Sequence record: ON528746
DNA length: 64,000 nucleotides
DNA from: Shigella phage ESh36
Reading direction: 5' to 3' (one strand)
Shown piece after piece: positions 1-10,446 of this stretch. Within the stretch, counting starts at the first letter, position 1. Each line of letters opens with the position of its first letter. The translations under genes were made by a program, and so were the position numbers. The notes beneath the pieces were generated by a model, which was given only the letters and a program-made list of their open reading frames with translations, did no database searches and had not been told where the DNA came from.

Positions 1-1729
1 AATCATAGTAACGGAAATGAATATTACCAAGAGCACCATAAAGACTGTTAATAAGAATTTTACGGTTCAACTGATTTGTGTTAGCAAGCGTAGCTGCTTT
101 TTCACATTCTTCGATCAGACTATTAAGAACAGATTCAGTGTAATTCGATAATTCGTTTAAGAAATCATCACTGAACTTAACATATCGTTCAACTTCTGGT
201 TTAGTTGAACAAGACCCTGCACCTTTCATAATAATCTTTTTAATAGCTTCGGCATTCATTTCTTCCGCGAACATTTTCTTTTTCCAATCTTTACGCTGGA
301 AAAATACTTTAGCGATTTCCTTTGGAATGATACCTTCTTGGTGCTTATCATACATCCATCCATTCGGAGAGCAAGAATATTCATCACTTGGCTTAGGAGC
401 TGTTCCTGCGATATATTCATGAATTGGATGAACTTTAAACTGCCCACGAATAGTCTCAGGACTAATGTTAACCTGACGAATAATGCTAGGATACAGAGAC
501 GTCAAGTCAAAACTCATAATGTATCGACGAGCAATCGGTTTAGGTTCAAACACAAATGCACCTGGAAAACTCTGTTTAACGTGCGAACCTTGTTGAGGAA
601 TAACCTTATGTTCACCTTTCAGTGAGTTAAAAATAATAGCATCCCAAGTTTTAATAGGACTCATTACACCAGAAAAAGGCATTTTAGCGTAATAAGACAT
701 ACTTAAAACTAGATCGATAAACCCACGAATTTTATCAATTGCTTGAACTGATTCTACGTCAATGATGTTATAACTAATGTATCGTTGATGATTAGTCTCA
801 CGAAGTTTATTAATAGGACCATCGTACGGCAATTTACCTTTTTTGGTTTCATGTTGAGCAACTGATTCCAAAGAGAACGATGGCAAATTAGTAAATGCGA
901 ATTTCTTGTACAAATCTAAATAATCAAGAATAGATACGCCATCAATAGAATAAATTTCTTTGCTACCGTACATATTTTGAATTAGTTTAGATTTTACTCG
1001 ACCGATTGGAGAGAAGCGTTTCATACTACGTTCACCGAGAACCATTTTAACGCGATTCATGATATACGGAACGTCAAATCCCTCAATATTCCAACCAGTA
1101 AAAATAGCAGGTCGTTTCTGTTCCCAAAGATTGATATATTCCATGAGCATATCACGCTCATTATCGAATGGCATATAAATTACTCGGTCAAGAATTTCTT
1201 GAGGAACTTCATCACCACCTTCACAGTCAAGCTTAGCAGCTAACTTTGCATCCCATTTTGATACTGAACCGTACATTGAATTCAACAAATCAAAGACGTA
1301 AAAACGATCGTCAATTGAATCATAATGAGTGATAGCATCAATTTCATATTCAGCTTTCATTGGGTCAGGAAATTTATCACCAGTAACCTCAATGTCACAG
1401 TTAGCTACACGAACAAATTTTCGGTCATAAACAATTTCTGAACCATATGTATCACTGATATAAGCGAGTTTAAAATCGTTCATACCGAGAGCTTCGAGAC
1501 CAATGTCTTCCATTCGTTTCATCCAGTCTCGTGCATCTTTCATTGATGGAAATTTTTGAGGAGCGCAGTTTTTACCATAGATGTCTTTGTACTTTGACTC
1601 TTCCTTACAGTGCCTAAACATAGTCGGAAGATATTCTACTTCACGAGTACGTTCCTTTCCGTTTTCATCAATATAACGTTCAACAATGTTATTTCCGACT
1701 GTTTCAATAGAGATATAAAATTCTTTCAT
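1..1729 (-). CDS. 43: DNA polymerase gp43, N-terminal ~576 codons (partial; 3' end lies beyond window start)
   Basis: ATG at 1729 with SD; translation begins MKEFYISIETVGNNIVERYIDENG and contains the exonuclease motif VANCDIEVTG; matches T4 gp43 N-terminus. Confidence 0.9.
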   Translation of the reverse strand, partial: MKEFYISIETVGNNIVERYIDENGKERTREVEYLPTMFRHCKEESKYKDIYGKNCAPQKFPSMKDARDWMKRMEDIGLEALGMNDFKLAYISDTYGSEIVYDRKFVRVANCDIEVTGDKFPDPMKAEYEIDAITHYDSIDDRFYVFDLLNSMYGSVSKWDAKLAAKLDCEGGDEVPQEILDRVIYMPFDNERDMLMEYINLWEQKRPAIFTGWNIEGFDVPYIMNRVKMVLGERSMKRFSPIGRVKSKLIQNMYGSKEIYSIDGVSILDYLDLYKKFAFTNLPSFSLESVAQHETKKGKLPYDGPINKLRETNHQRYISYNIIDVESVQAIDKIRGFIDLVLSMSYYAKMPFSGVMSPIKTWDAIIFNSLKGEHKVIPQQGSHVKQSFPGAFVFEPKPIARRYIMSFDLTSLYPSIIRQVNISPETIRGQFKVHPIHEYIAGTAPKPSDEYSCSPNGWMYDKHQEGIIPKEIAKVFFQRKDWKKKMFAEEMNAEAIKKIIMKGAGSCSTKPEVERYVKFSDDFLNELSNYTESVLNSLIEECEKAATLANTNQLNRKILINSLYGALGNIHFRYYD

Positions 1730-1768
1730 AGATATTCCTTAGTTTATAGCCCGAGTTATTAGGCTCTT
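1730..1768 (-). promoter_or_regulatory. Gene 43 translational operator: 5-bp stem/8-nt loop hairpin (AGCCU-AAUAACUC-GGGCU) next to the SD
   Basis: Hairpin at 1748-1765 immediately 5' of the gene 43 SD/ATG; matches the remembered T4 gp43 autoregulatory operator layout. Confidence 0.55.
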
Positions 1769-1787
1769 GATATATTATACTCCAAAT

Positions 1788-1805
1788 AAGGGGCCGAAGC
1801 CCCTT
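1788..1805 (-). other. Intercistronic C(UUCG)G-type RNA hairpin after regA
   Basis: Plus strand AAGGGGC-CGAA-GCCCCTT, i.e. GGGGC-UUCG-GCCCC on the transcribed strand. Confidence 0.6.
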
Positions 1806-1807
1806 GC

Positions 1808-2176
1808 TTAATTACCAATCGTATATTTTGGAACGAGTTTCCATTCATGTTTTTGTTTAAAAGAAATAACTCGGAAGTTATTAGTTAAATCTTTCATAAA
1901 AGTTCTTTGACCAGGAGCGATTTCAATCAGTCCCCAATCTTCTAACAGCCATGCAATCGAATCACGACGAACTTCATCTTCTTCTGTCATTTCAACTTGG
2001 CGACCATCCATACGAAGCATTTCTTTAAAATGAACGATATAGTATAGTCCTTTTTTCTGAAGAATATGACAGGACTGATACAGAACTTTATCTTTATTAT
2101 TAGCAATTCCCATACGAGTCAAAGTTTCTTTTACTTTCAGAAAATCTTCAGGTTTTTTAAGAGTAATTTCAATCAT
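1808..2176 (-). CDS. regA: Translational repressor RegA
   Basis: 122 aa ORF; length, sequence and position (after 62, before 43) match T4 RegA. Confidence 0.9.
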   Translation of the reverse strand: MIEITLKKPEDFLKVKETLTRMGIANNKDKVLYQSCHILQKKGLYYIVHFKEMLRMDGRQVEMTEEDEVRRDSIAWLLEDWGLIEIAPGQRTFMKDLTNNFRVISFKQKHEWKLVPKYTIGN

Positions 2177-2177
2177 T

Positions 2178-2741
2178 TTACCATTCCAATGCTAGTTTTT
2201 TGAGTTGTTTCTGTTCTTTTACGTTCTTAGTCACTTCTTTCAAAAAATCATCCGTGACTAAACCTTTTAGTTCTTTTAATACTAAAGGAAGTTTTCCATT
2301 TTTAGTAAGAATTGATTTATAGTTAATTGCATCATTTGTATTAACTTGATACCGCTTAGCAAGTAACTTAATAATCAATACTTCAGTAGAATCTTCGACC
2401 AGTTTTGCCCATTTACTATATCTTTTACCCCGAGGAACAGCAGCCATCAGATAATTAAAATGGGCTTCATCGCTTAAACCTGATCCAATTAAATTCATAG
2501 CATATACAGCTGGCATGCATTCAGGAAATTGCGATAATGCATTCTCAACCATGTATTTTGAATAATCTTTTTGAGCAATAGAGCATTTAGTTTTATTATT
2601 AATAGCTCCAATTATTTCAAAAAACTCATTTTCAGCTTTTTCCTTAAAAGAATCAGCAGCAGATTGGACAGCTGTCCAATCTTTTGAATACCAAGCAACT
2701 TGATGCTCGTTTAATTGAATATCATCTTCAAATAAGCTCAT
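2178..2741 (-). CDS. 62: Clamp loader small subunit gp62
   Basis: 187 aa ([20 protein letters not shown]...); adjacent to 44 and regA; matches T4 gp62. Confidence 0.88.
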   Translation of the reverse strand: MSLFEDDIQLNEHQVAWYSKDWTAVQSAADSFKEKAENEFFEIIGAINNKTKCSIAQKDYSKYMVENALSQFPECMPAVYAMNLIGSGLSDEAHFNYLMAAVPRGKRYSKWAKLVEDSTEVLIIKLLAKRYQVNTNDAINYKSILTKNGKLPLVLKELKGLVTDDFLKEVTKNVKEQKQLKKLALEW

Positions 2742-2742
2742 A

Positions 2743-3702
2743 TCACTTCCACTGCATTTCGCATGCTAATTGAATGAAAAGATATGCTAAATGTAATTCC
2801 GTATTAGCCGCAATTCCATGATACTGGTTATTTTCACCAACAATTTCATACATACGAATAATACTTTGCGGAGTTACGCGTGTATAGATTTCTTCGGCAA
2901 GCTTACCAACGAACCACGAATAATCAGCTGCATATTTTGGTGCTAAAGCTCTGAGTTGTTTAACATCTTTATTTTTGAGAGACTCAAGAACATCATCAAT
3001 AGCACCACGATCGTTAGTAACCAGTGATAAAATACCAGCATCCAAAACACCTTTAGATGAATAACTATCGAGCTCACCAATAGTTTTACGAAAATCAGGA
3101 AAATTCTTTTTAACCAAAGCTGCTACAACTTTCATATCAGCTATAGCAATTCCTTCATGCTTACAGATTTCAGTCAACCGACGAATCATCTGCTTCATCA
3201 TTTCAATTTTATCTTCATCGGTCGGTTGACCGAACGTAATAACTCGGCAGCGTGACTGAAGCGGTTTAATAATACCATCAATATTGTTAGCAGTAATAAT
3301 AATACTGCAGTTTGAACTATAAGCTTCCATAAAGGAACGAAGATGCCGCTGAGACTCTGCTAATCCTGAACGGTCAAATTCATCAATAACAATTACTTTT
3401 TGACGACCATCAAATGAAGCTGCACTAGCAAAATTAGTCAAAGGACCACGAACGAAATCAATTTTACAATCTGACCCATTCACAAACATCATATCAGCAT
3501 TTACATCATGACACAATGCTTTTGCTACAGTTGTTTTACCTGTTCCTGGAGAAGGAGAATGAAGAATAATATGTGGAATTTTACCTTTACTTGTAATAGA
3601 TTTAAAGGTTTCTTTATCAAAGGCGGGAAGAATACATTCATCGATAGTAGATGGACGATATTTCTGTTCAAGAATGTGTTCTTTTTCATTTACAGTAATC
3701 AT
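2743..3702 (-). CDS. 44: Clamp loader ATPase gp44
   Basis: 319 aa from the ATG at 3702 (MITVNEKEH...); Walker A GTGKTT; the ORF-track start at 3717 is a TTG extension. Confidence 0.9.
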   Translation of the reverse strand: MITVNEKEHILEQKYRPSTIDECILPAFDKETFKSITSKGKIPHIILHSPSPGTGKTTVAKALCHDVNADMMFVNGSDCKIDFVRGPLTNFASAASFDGRQKVIVIDEFDRSGLAESQRHLRSFMEAYSSNCSIIITANNIDGIIKPLQSRCRVITFGQPTDEDKIEMMKQMIRRLTEICKHEGIAIADMKVVAALVKKNFPDFRKTIGELDSYSSKGVLDAGILSLVTNDRGAIDDVLESLKNKDVKQLRALAPKYAADYSWFVGKLAEEIYTRVTPQSIIRMYEIVGENNQYHGIAANTELHLAYLFIQLACEMQWK

Positions 3703-3733
3703 AATTTCCTCATTCAAGTTTTAGTGTAAATTT

Positions 3734-3749
3734 AAGGGCCGAAGCCCTT
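3734..3749 (-). other. Intercistronic C(UUCG)G-type hairpin between 45 and 44
   Basis: AAGGGC-CGAA-GCCCTT on plus strand, directly after the gene 45 stop. Confidence 0.55.
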
Positions 3750-3751
3750 TA

Positions 3752-4438
3752 TTAAAAATCGTGGGTAGAATCAGCTTCAAGAGCTACTACATAATTCGCG
3801 TGTTCACCTTCAAATTTAGCAGCACCTTGTTTACCTTTTGCCCAGAGCAGAAGTTTATAATTTCCTGGTTGCATTTTCATATTTGCCATATTGATAATGA
3901 AATTAAATGTATTTTCACCGTCATAATCACCAAGAGTCAAAGAATATTTAACACGGGTCAAAGCAGAATCTTCTACTTTATTAAAACCGTTAATTACGAT
4001 TTTACCTTCTTTTATTGTGATAGCAATTGTATCAATCTGCAGACCACGAGATACACGCAACAGTTGTTGAAGGTCTTCAGCTTTAATTTCAGTAACAACA
4101 GATGCTACCGGGAATGGAATTGGTTTATTAGGAGCCACTACTGTGCTCGGATCAGCTGCTGGCCAAAAAATTGTTGAACGAGCATCAGCAATTTTAATAT
4201 TTCCATCTTCTGACTGGGAAATTTCTGCATCGTCATTAACTAGGGACAGAATACCGAGAAAACCGTTCAAATCGTAAATTGCTACATCAAAATCAATAGT
4301 GTCAGAAATATTTGCTTCCGCATAAGTTGTACCATTAACTGCGCGAGTCATAATAAATTGACCAGATTTAAGCATAATACCAGAGTTAATAGTAGCGAAA
4401 TTTTTAAGCAGAGCAGTAGTATCTTTAGACAGTTTCAT
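3752..4438 (-). CDS. 45: Sliding clamp gp45
   Basis: 228 aa; MKLSKDTTALLKNFATINSGIMLK... matches T4 gp45. Confidence 0.9.
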   Translation of the reverse strand: MKLSKDTTALLKNFATINSGIMLKSGQFIMTRAVNGTTYAEANISDTIDFDVAIYDLNGFLGILSLVNDDAEISQSEDGNIKIADARSTIFWPAADPSTVVAPNKPIPFPVASVVTEIKAEDLQQLLRVSRGLQIDTIAITIKEGKIVINGFNKVEDSALTRVKYSLTLGDYDGENTFNFIINMANMKMQPGNYKLLLWAKGKQGAAKFEGEHANYVVALEADSTHDF

Positions 4439-4493
4439 GTAATTTCCTTCAATTCAAATGAGATTTAATTTTATAACTAATTTAATAAAGCAA

Positions 4494-4883
4494 TTAACGA
4501 TTAAAATCAGAAGCAATTGTTTCCGCAACAATTTGAGCAGCAACAATTAGACGTTCATCTGCATTACCGCAATAATCATCTTCAAGGCGTTCACCACATG
4601 AAGTCATAATAAATTTAGCACCAGCATTTAAAGATTCTGTCGTATGTTTGCGCATTAGTTCAATCCATTTATTACTTACTTCACGATCGATAGCTTCATA
4701 ATACGCATGACGAGCAGGTGCAGATTTAATTTTATTCTGAATAACTTCCATTGCGTTATCAGAAAGAGACAAAACCCATGCTCGACGAATTTTATTTTGG
4801 TTTTGTGGATTTGAATCAGAACGCACGTGTTTTGGCTGAATATCTTTTACATCAACAGTATAATTCACAGTAATTTTAGTCAT
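4494..4883 (-). CDS. rpbA: RNA polymerase-binding protein RpbA (by synteny)
   Basis: 129 aa ORF between 45 and 46, the size and position of T4 rpbA. Confidence 0.5.
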   Translation of the reverse strand: MTKITVNYTVDVKDIQPKHVRSDSNPQNQNKIRRAWVLSLSDNAMEVIQNKIKSAPARHAYYEAIDREVSNKWIELMRKHTTESLNAGAKFIMTSCGERLEDDYCGNADERLIVAAQIVAETIASDFNR

Positions 4884-4892
4884 AATACACCT

Positions 4893-5081
4893 TTAGTCAT
4901 AATAATCAGTAACAGTCCAAGCTTCATTTCTGTTGGACATTATTTTCGTATATTCTGCTTTAAATGCATTCTTAAGCATAGATTCAGTAACTATATGCTC
5001 TTCATTAGAAAAATTATTTCTCAGAATATATCGTTTTATTTCAGGAATAGTTAATAGATGCTGTCCAGTTGAATATTCCAT
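4893..5081 (-). CDS. Hypothetical protein (T4 45.2 position)
   Basis: 62 aa ORF between rpbA and gene 46. Confidence 0.4.
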   Translation of the reverse strand: MEYSTGQHLLTIPEIKRYILRNNFSNEEHIVTESMLKNAFKAEYTKIMSNRNEAWTVTDYYD

Positions 5082-5136
5082 GTTTTTCCTCCATAGAGAT
5101 TATACTCTAATAAATTAAAGCATAATCTCTTATAAA

Positions 5137-6819
5137 TTAAACCATTACAGTAAATCGACCAACTTTCTTCATTTGAAGATGCTGACCATATGCTTGCGGG
5201 TCGTGGTCTCTATGTGAAATAACAAAAACATTAGTATTTTTTAAACTATCTAAAATAGTTGAAATAGCTTTTACACCTTCAACATCAGTTGCTGAATCAA
5301 AAACTTCATCGAGAATTAGTGTGTTTATTTTAACACCTGAAACTTTTTCAGCAATATCACGCCAAGTAAATAGAAGAGCAATATCAATTCGTGCTTTTTC
5401 GCCTTGACTGAATGAAGCATAACTAAAATCTTCACGACCACGGGATTTAATTGTCTCATTAAATTCTTCATCTAATGTAAACACATAATCCGCTTCCATT
5501 ATTTTAAGATAATGGTTAATCTGCTTATTAAATAATGGAATGTACTTTTTAATAATAGCACCTTTAATACCAGAATCTTTGAGCATATCAGTCAAAATTC
5601 CTCTGTGGTATTTTTCCATTACTAAATTAGTTTTTGTCTTAACAATTTTATCAAGTTCTTCTTGAAGCAGTGCTATTTCATCAGCATGGTCAATAAACTC
5701 GGATGATGCTTTTTCTATAGCTGCTTTAACTTTTTTAGCTTTATCTACAGTCGTGATTAGAGATTGCTTTTTATTGCGAATATCATTTGCCAACGTCTGT
5801 TGGGTTTTAATATTATCTCGGTATTCATCAACGAGAACTTTTAAATTATCACGATGTGTTGAAAGCTGTTCAAACGAATGCGTGCATTCAGAAACTTTAT
5901 CTTTAATTTTAGAAACAACTTTATCACCGGAACTTAATTGTGACAAACAGGTTGGACATAATCCACCTTCGTGATACATATTAATGACTTTATTATACGA
6001 GTCAATTTTTGATTTAATTAAAAATGCTTCTTGGCCGATTTTATTAAATGCATCAGTCGGGTCTTCATCCAAAACAATATTAACTAATCTTTCATTAGCT
6101 TCTTCTATTTCCGATTTTAGCGTTCTAGCTTCTTTTGCCAAATCATCATACATATTCTGTAGACGAGTAAGGTTATCACCAGTTAATTTTTTCTGGCGTT
6201 CAACGTTATCATTATATATTTTAATTTGTTGGATAATACTATCTTTTTTAACATCAAGCACTTGGTTTTGTGAATTTAATTCACGTATTAGTGCTTTATT
6301 AAGCTTATCCATTTCAGCTAATGTTCCTACCTCGAGCAGGTCTTCCACAAGCTTTCTTCGTGCAGGGGTCGACAAACCCATGAAAGGGGTATACCCTGCT
6401 GTACCAAGGACAACAATCTGCTTGAAACTGGCATATGACATTCCGATAAGCTGTTCAAATTCTGCTTGGAAATCTTTACTGCTGGCAGATTCATTAAGAC
6501 GTGTACCGTTAACGGTGATTTCGAAAACGTTTGGTTTTTGCCCTCTTTTGATATAGTACTTTTTCTCATCATATTCCATCCACAGTTCAACTAAAAGTTC
6601 TTTCTTATTTGTGCTGTTTATTAATTGACCTTTCTTTACATCACGAAATGGCTTGCCAAAAAGCCCAAATGTGATGGCTTCTAACATAGTAGACTTACCA
6701 CCACCATTTCGTCCAGTAATAAGAGTTTTTTGAACCTTATCTAGTTGAATGTCAATAGGATTTCCACCTACTGACATTATATTTTGATACCTAACTCGGT
6801 TTAGTTTAAAATTCTTCAC
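5137..6819 (-). CDS. 46: Recombination nuclease ATPase subunit gp46 (SbcC/Rad50-like)
   Basis: 560 aa; Walker A GRNGGGKST; long coiled-coil middle; matches T4 gp46. Confidence 0.9.
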   Translation of the reverse strand: MKNFKLNRVRYQNIMSVGGNPIDIQLDKVQKTLITGRNGGGKSTMLEAITFGLFGKPFRDVKKGQLINSTNKKELLVELWMEYDEKKYYIKRGQKPNVFEITVNGTRLNESASSKDFQAEFEQLIGMSYASFKQIVVLGTAGYTPFMGLSTPARRKLVEDLLEVGTLAEMDKLNKALIRELNSQNQVLDVKKDSIIQQIKIYNDNVERQKKLTGDNLTRLQNMYDDLAKEARTLKSEIEEANERLVNIVLDEDPTDAFNKIGQEAFLIKSKIDSYNKVINMYHEGGLCPTCLSQLSSGDKVVSKIKDKVSECTHSFEQLSTHRDNLKVLVDEYRDNIKTQQTLANDIRNKKQSLITTVDKAKKVKAAIEKASSEFIDHADEIALLQEELDKIVKTKTNLVMEKYHRGILTDMLKDSGIKGAIIKKYIPLFNKQINHYLKIMEADYVFTLDEEFNETIKSRGREDFSYASFSQGEKARIDIALLFTWRDIAEKVSGVKINTLILDEVFDSATDVEGVKAISTILDSLKNTNVFVISHRDHDPQAYGQHLQMKKVGRFTVMV

Positions 6820-7079
6820 AAAAGATTCCTTTTAATGTATCTTTTAGACCATTCTATCATATCATCATAATCTAAAAAGTATTCATCAAATTCAGCCATG
6901 CAAACAACACCTTGTGCTGATTTTGATGTGATATAAATTATTCCAACATATCTAGAATCTTCTTCGGTGTAATCAATATTTGCTATGAATTCATCGTTAA
7001 TGTCAAATGTCGAAAACTTCACAGTATGCATCCTTAATACAAGATACAGCCATATCTTGTAATGATTTAGGTGTGTCAT
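6816..7079 (-). CDS. Hypothetical protein (46.1 position); start uncertain
   Basis: 87 aa ORF overlapping the next ORF; an internal ATG at 7031 (MHTVKF...) may be the true start. Confidence 0.35.
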   Translation of the reverse strand: MTHLNHYKIWLYLVLRMHTVKFSTFDINDEFIANIDYTEEDSRYVGIIYITSKSAQGVVCMAEFDEYFLDYDDMIEWSKRYIKRNLL

Positions 7080-7266
7080 TATCTAAAATGTTGAAGTTAA
7101 AAGATACAGCCCAGTCAGTGCAGACCGTAACCTTTTTAATACAATTATCTTCAACCTCTAGCGGTTCAAACCAATATTCAATAATTTCTTTATGCCCAAT
7201 ATCATCTTTTACTTCGCATTCAAAATGCTGACTCATCATAACATTTTTAAATTCATCAAAAGTCAT
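7003..7266 (-). CDS. Hypothetical protein (46.2 position)
   Basis: 87 aa ORF, 4-nt overlap with the gene 47 stop. Confidence 0.4.
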   Translation of the reverse strand: MTFDEFKNVMMSQHFECEVKDDIGHKEIIEYWFEPLEVEDNCIKKVTVCTDWAVSFNFNILDNDTPKSLQDMAVSCIKDAYCEVFDI

Positions 7267-8282
7267 TGTGTTGCCTCTACATATAACTGATTTGCATATT
7301 GAATAAGTGCTTCGCGATCAGAATCAGTGATGTCTGGAATTGCATTAATGTATTCTTCCATCAATGTCTGAAGAGATTGAACTTCAACTTCTTCACTATC
7401 ATCTGACTCGACAGAGTTATCAATCTTTGACACAACTCGTAATGAATGCACAACTTTTTCTAGTTCAGATTCGAACTTCGTTAGATTTTTGTCTACTTCA
7501 GTTACTATAACACGTACTGATAGATTTGTAAAATCTTTATAGTCAATTTTTCCCTTAAATGGATATTGAATTCGACGATGCCAGGTAGTGTTGTTTGGAA
7601 TAAATTCCATTCGTTCTGTTTCTGTATCAAACATCCAGAACCCGCGAGGGTCATTCTCGTCACCTGCAGTTAGTGTCCATGGTGTCCCAATATATCTGAC
7701 ATTAGCAGCCTCAGAGATAGTATGGAAGTGACCAGACCACACCTCTTTATAAGTCTTAAGGAAATCAGGTTCAAGACCGTGAGATTTCATTCCTTTATAA
7801 AAATAAAATCCATTCAGTTCCCAGTGACCAACACAAAAAGAAGCAGATGAAGTTTTGATATGTTCAAGAATTTCACCAGTATTTTCTTCACACATCCAAG
7901 GAATTAAATCAATCAAACATCCGTCAAAATCTACTGTAGTAGGCTTATCATATACTTTAACATTAGGATATTTAGCCAAAAGCTCAGTAGAAGCATTTGG
8001 ATGCATTACATTTTTGTAGTGGAGATCGTGATTTCCTACAATAGTATGTAATGTGATTCCAGCGTCATCAAGCATTTGAACTATTTCACGGGCAAACTCC
8101 ATTGTTTTATGCGTGATCGCTTTTCGCACATCAAAAATATCACCATATTGAATCCATACCGTAATTCCATTTTTCTTAGAATATTCTATCGCTTGCTTAA
8201 TTCCATCAATTTGAATACCGCGAATCCACTCATCATCAGCTTTAACGCCTAAATGCCAATCACCCAAGTTTAGTATTTTCAT
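7263..8282 (-). CDS. 47: Recombination nuclease subunit gp47 (SbcD/Mre11-like)
   Basis: 339 aa; phosphoesterase motifs GDWHLG, GDIFD, GNHD; matches T4 gp47. Confidence 0.9.
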   Translation of the reverse strand: MKILNLGDWHLGVKADDEWIRGIQIDGIKQAIEYSKKNGITVWIQYGDIFDVRKAITHKTMEFAREIVQMLDDAGITLHTIVGNHDLHYKNVMHPNASTELLAKYPNVKVYDKPTTVDFDGCLIDLIPWMCEENTGEILEHIKTSSASFCVGHWELNGFYFYKGMKSHGLEPDFLKTYKEVWSGHFHTISEAANVRYIGTPWTLTAGDENDPRGFWMFDTETERMEFIPNNTTWHRRIQYPFKGKIDYKDFTNLSVRVIVTEVDKNLTKFESELEKVVHSLRVVSKIDNSVESDDSEEVEVQSLQTLMEEYINAIPDITDSDREALIQYANQLYVEATQ

Positions 8283-8392
8283 GATGTCTTTTCCATCCTA
8301 ATTTAGCTGCTTTTGAAACCAGTTCTTTAATTTTTCCTTTTGCCCATTCAGGACCAGGAGGTTCATGACATAACATTTGCTTAACTCCGTTA

Positions 8393-8884
8393 TTATACCA
8401 TTTTTTTACCTTTATTATGTGATGAAGCTTTAAATTTATTTGACCTTCCTTTTACATAACCTTCTGGAATATAAGGTAAAAAGGCAGATTTTCCTGTTAA
8501 TGGATCATGTGAATGTATATTTCCTTTACAATTATGAGAACCATATAATGGATGATTTTGTCCTTTATTATCTCTTCCAAATGAACCTTTTGGAGCAGCA
8601 TATGACATATTAAAGAATAATGGATTTTTAACTGCATCATGCAATCGTTGATAATATAACTCGCATTTAATAGCTTCTTCACGCGTATCAAATTCAGCTA
8701 AAATGCATGAATCAAATAAGTGAGGATTATCTGAAAGCTCTTTATTATAAATTTTCTTATACTTTTTAGATAAAACTGAACCATGATATCCAGCTAAATG
8801 CCTATCTAAAGACGTAGATCCAATATAAAAAGGAGGAAGTTTATCTCCACTATATATTGTTAAATAAGTTATATATTTTTTCAT
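8393..8884 (-). CDS. GIY-YIG nuclease-domain protein (Seg/I-TevI-like catalytic domain, short form)
   Basis: 163 aa; N-terminal TIY-x8-YIGST then R and FDSCILAEF...REEAIKCELYYQRL, paralleling I-TevI GIY-x10-YVGSA...FECSILEEI...ERENFWIKEL. Confidence 0.5.
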   Translation of the reverse strand: MKKYITYLTIYSGDKLPPFYIGSTSLDRHLAGYHGSVLSKKYKKIYNKELSDNPHLFDSCILAEFDTREEAIKCELYYQRLHDAVKNPLFFNMSYAAPKGSFGRDNKGQNHPLYGSHNCKGNIHSHDPLTGKSAFLPYIPEGYVKGRSNKFKASSHNKGKKMV

Positions 8885-9044
8885 ATATCAAGAACCGTCA
8901 TTGAAATGCAAAATAAAATTATTGAAATAAATCCATCTGGAGTGCTAAAGAACCCAATCCAACACGCTCTAGTGAATAGATAAAACGCTAGAAAAAGTAT
9001 CACATATCCAAGAAATATCATTATATCAAACTCCGTATAAAGCT

Positions 9045-9062
9045 AAAGGGCCGAAGCCCTTT
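9045..9062 (-). other. C(UUCG)G-type hairpin at the 3' end of a-gt
   Basis: AAAGGGC-CGAA-GCCCTTT overlapping the a-gt stop codon. Confidence 0.55.
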
Positions 9063-10263
9063 ATTTTGTAATAATGTCAAATTGTTCTTTAAAGCAGAAG
9101 CTTGAATCTTGATGCTGATACAAAAATTCATAAGCTTTTTCGCGTTCGCGGTCATAAAGAGCTCGGTCAGATGACAGTTCTTTAATACGTTCAAATGTTG
9201 ATTCCATGTCATTTTCATCAAACCAAACGATACCGCTATCATGAGAAATTAACGGAGTATTATCAACACGAAATTTTAAATTTTCGCCAGTAGATTTCCA
9301 AAATACTGGAATTGTTCCGCATGCACCAAGCTCTAGATGAGTATATTCTAAAGAACGTTGTAGATATTTTTTATCTAATTTACTCAGCTGATAACCAAAT
9401 CCGGATTTACTCATGCGTTCAAGCATTTCACTATTTACATAACGGTCAAGAATTTGCGTTGGCAAATTAGGAGCAATTTTAATTTGGTCTACTTGATGAA
9501 GACGATAATACTCATATGGAATTCCTTTTTCTTTAATAGGAATGAACGCTGGAGAACGTTCCAGACCTTCCATAATAGTACTTAGTCCTGCAGGTTTAAG
9601 ATGTTTTTCGTGAAAATCAAACATCTGATAAAAACCTTTCCATGTAGTCGTACGACCAATCCAACGGTTGACATTCATATTAATTTCAGAAACATCTTTC
9701 CAGTATGTTGATCGAACCTTCGCAATATCCATAGGAGGCTGAAAGTTGTATACAGTCGGTGCTTCTTCAATATCATCAAACAGAGAAACTGTTTCTGGAT
9801 ACCATTCTTTCATCAAAACTTTATTAAAATCGCCATTATCAGAATGGCTAAAAATAACATCAGCTCGACGAACAGTTTCTTCTAATCCCAAATTTCGGCG
9901 CAAAGAAAGAGAAGAATGGTCATGTTGATAAACTACAACACGAACCGAAGGTTTAATGTTATCAATAATTTTTTTATAGTTATTAATAGTGTCTTCTTCG
10001 ACTGAAGTAGCAGGAACTGAATTGATAATTAGAATATCACAATCATTTACCAGCTTAAGTGTTTTATCGTATTCTTTTGCCAATAAAACCGGAATTGAAA
10101 ATGATTTATAATCATGCGCGCAATTACGAGTAAATGATTTATCTTTAGCATAAACCAAAGTTACTTCATGACCATTTTTAATAAACCAATCACGCTGCTC
10201 GAGAGAAAATTTAGTTACGCCGCAACCTTCAAGACCTCGAGCCATAAAAATGCATACTTTCAT
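9061..10263 (-). CDS. a-gt: DNA alpha-glucosyltransferase
   Basis: 400 aa; near-identical to remembered T4 a-gt (…FMARGLEGCGVTKFSLEQRDWFIKNGHEVTLVYAKDKSF...). Confidence 0.9.
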   Translation of the reverse strand: MKVCIFMARGLEGCGVTKFSLEQRDWFIKNGHEVTLVYAKDKSFTRNCAHDYKSFSIPVLLAKEYDKTLKLVNDCDILIINSVPATSVEEDTINNYKKIIDNIKPSVRVVVYQHDHSSLSLRRNLGLEETVRRADVIFSHSDNGDFNKVLMKEWYPETVSLFDDIEEAPTVYNFQPPMDIAKVRSTYWKDVSEINMNVNRWIGRTTTWKGFYQMFDFHEKHLKPAGLSTIMEGLERSPAFIPIKEKGIPYEYYRLHQVDQIKIAPNLPTQILDRYVNSEMLERMSKSGFGYQLSKLDKKYLQRSLEYTHLELGACGTIPVFWKSTGENLKFRVDNTPLISHDSGIVWFDENDMESTFERIKELSSDRALYDREREKAYEFLYQHQDSSFCFKEQFDIITK

Positions 10264-10312
10264 TTAATATCCTCATTGTTTTGGTTTATTTTACCAAAAA
10301 TTTATAAAGCAA

Positions 10313-10332
10313 TATAGGAGCCGAAGCTCCTA
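10313..10332 (-). other. C(UUCG)G-type hairpin upstream of a-gt
   Basis: TAGGAGC-CGAA-GCTCCTA palindrome. Confidence 0.5.
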
Positions 10333-10446
10333 TCCGCATAATACACCATACAGAGGCTCATTAGAGCTTCTAAATTTTATACGTTTATGTGTTATAGTTC
10401 CTTCTGCTTTAGCTTTATCGTGAGCCTCTTTAAAGCGTCTCATCAT
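10330..10446 (-). CDS. Possible small ORF (38 aa), below the ORF-track cut-off
   Basis: ATGATG...TAG frame read manually (MMRRFKEAHDKAKAEGTITHKRIKFRSSNEPLYGVLCG); stop sits inside the hairpin; weak SD. Confidence 0.2.
   Translation of the reverse strand: MMRRFKEAHDKAKAEGTITHKRIKFRSSNEPLYGVLCG

Noticed and set aside
338-625. Plus-strand ORFs inside minus-strand genes (e.g. 338-625, 3761-4177, 5984-6556, 18092-18469, and minus-strand ORFs inside late genes such as 55662-56051)
   Set aside because: They are shadow frames lying wholly within well-supported genes on the opposite strand, with no SD or promoter context.
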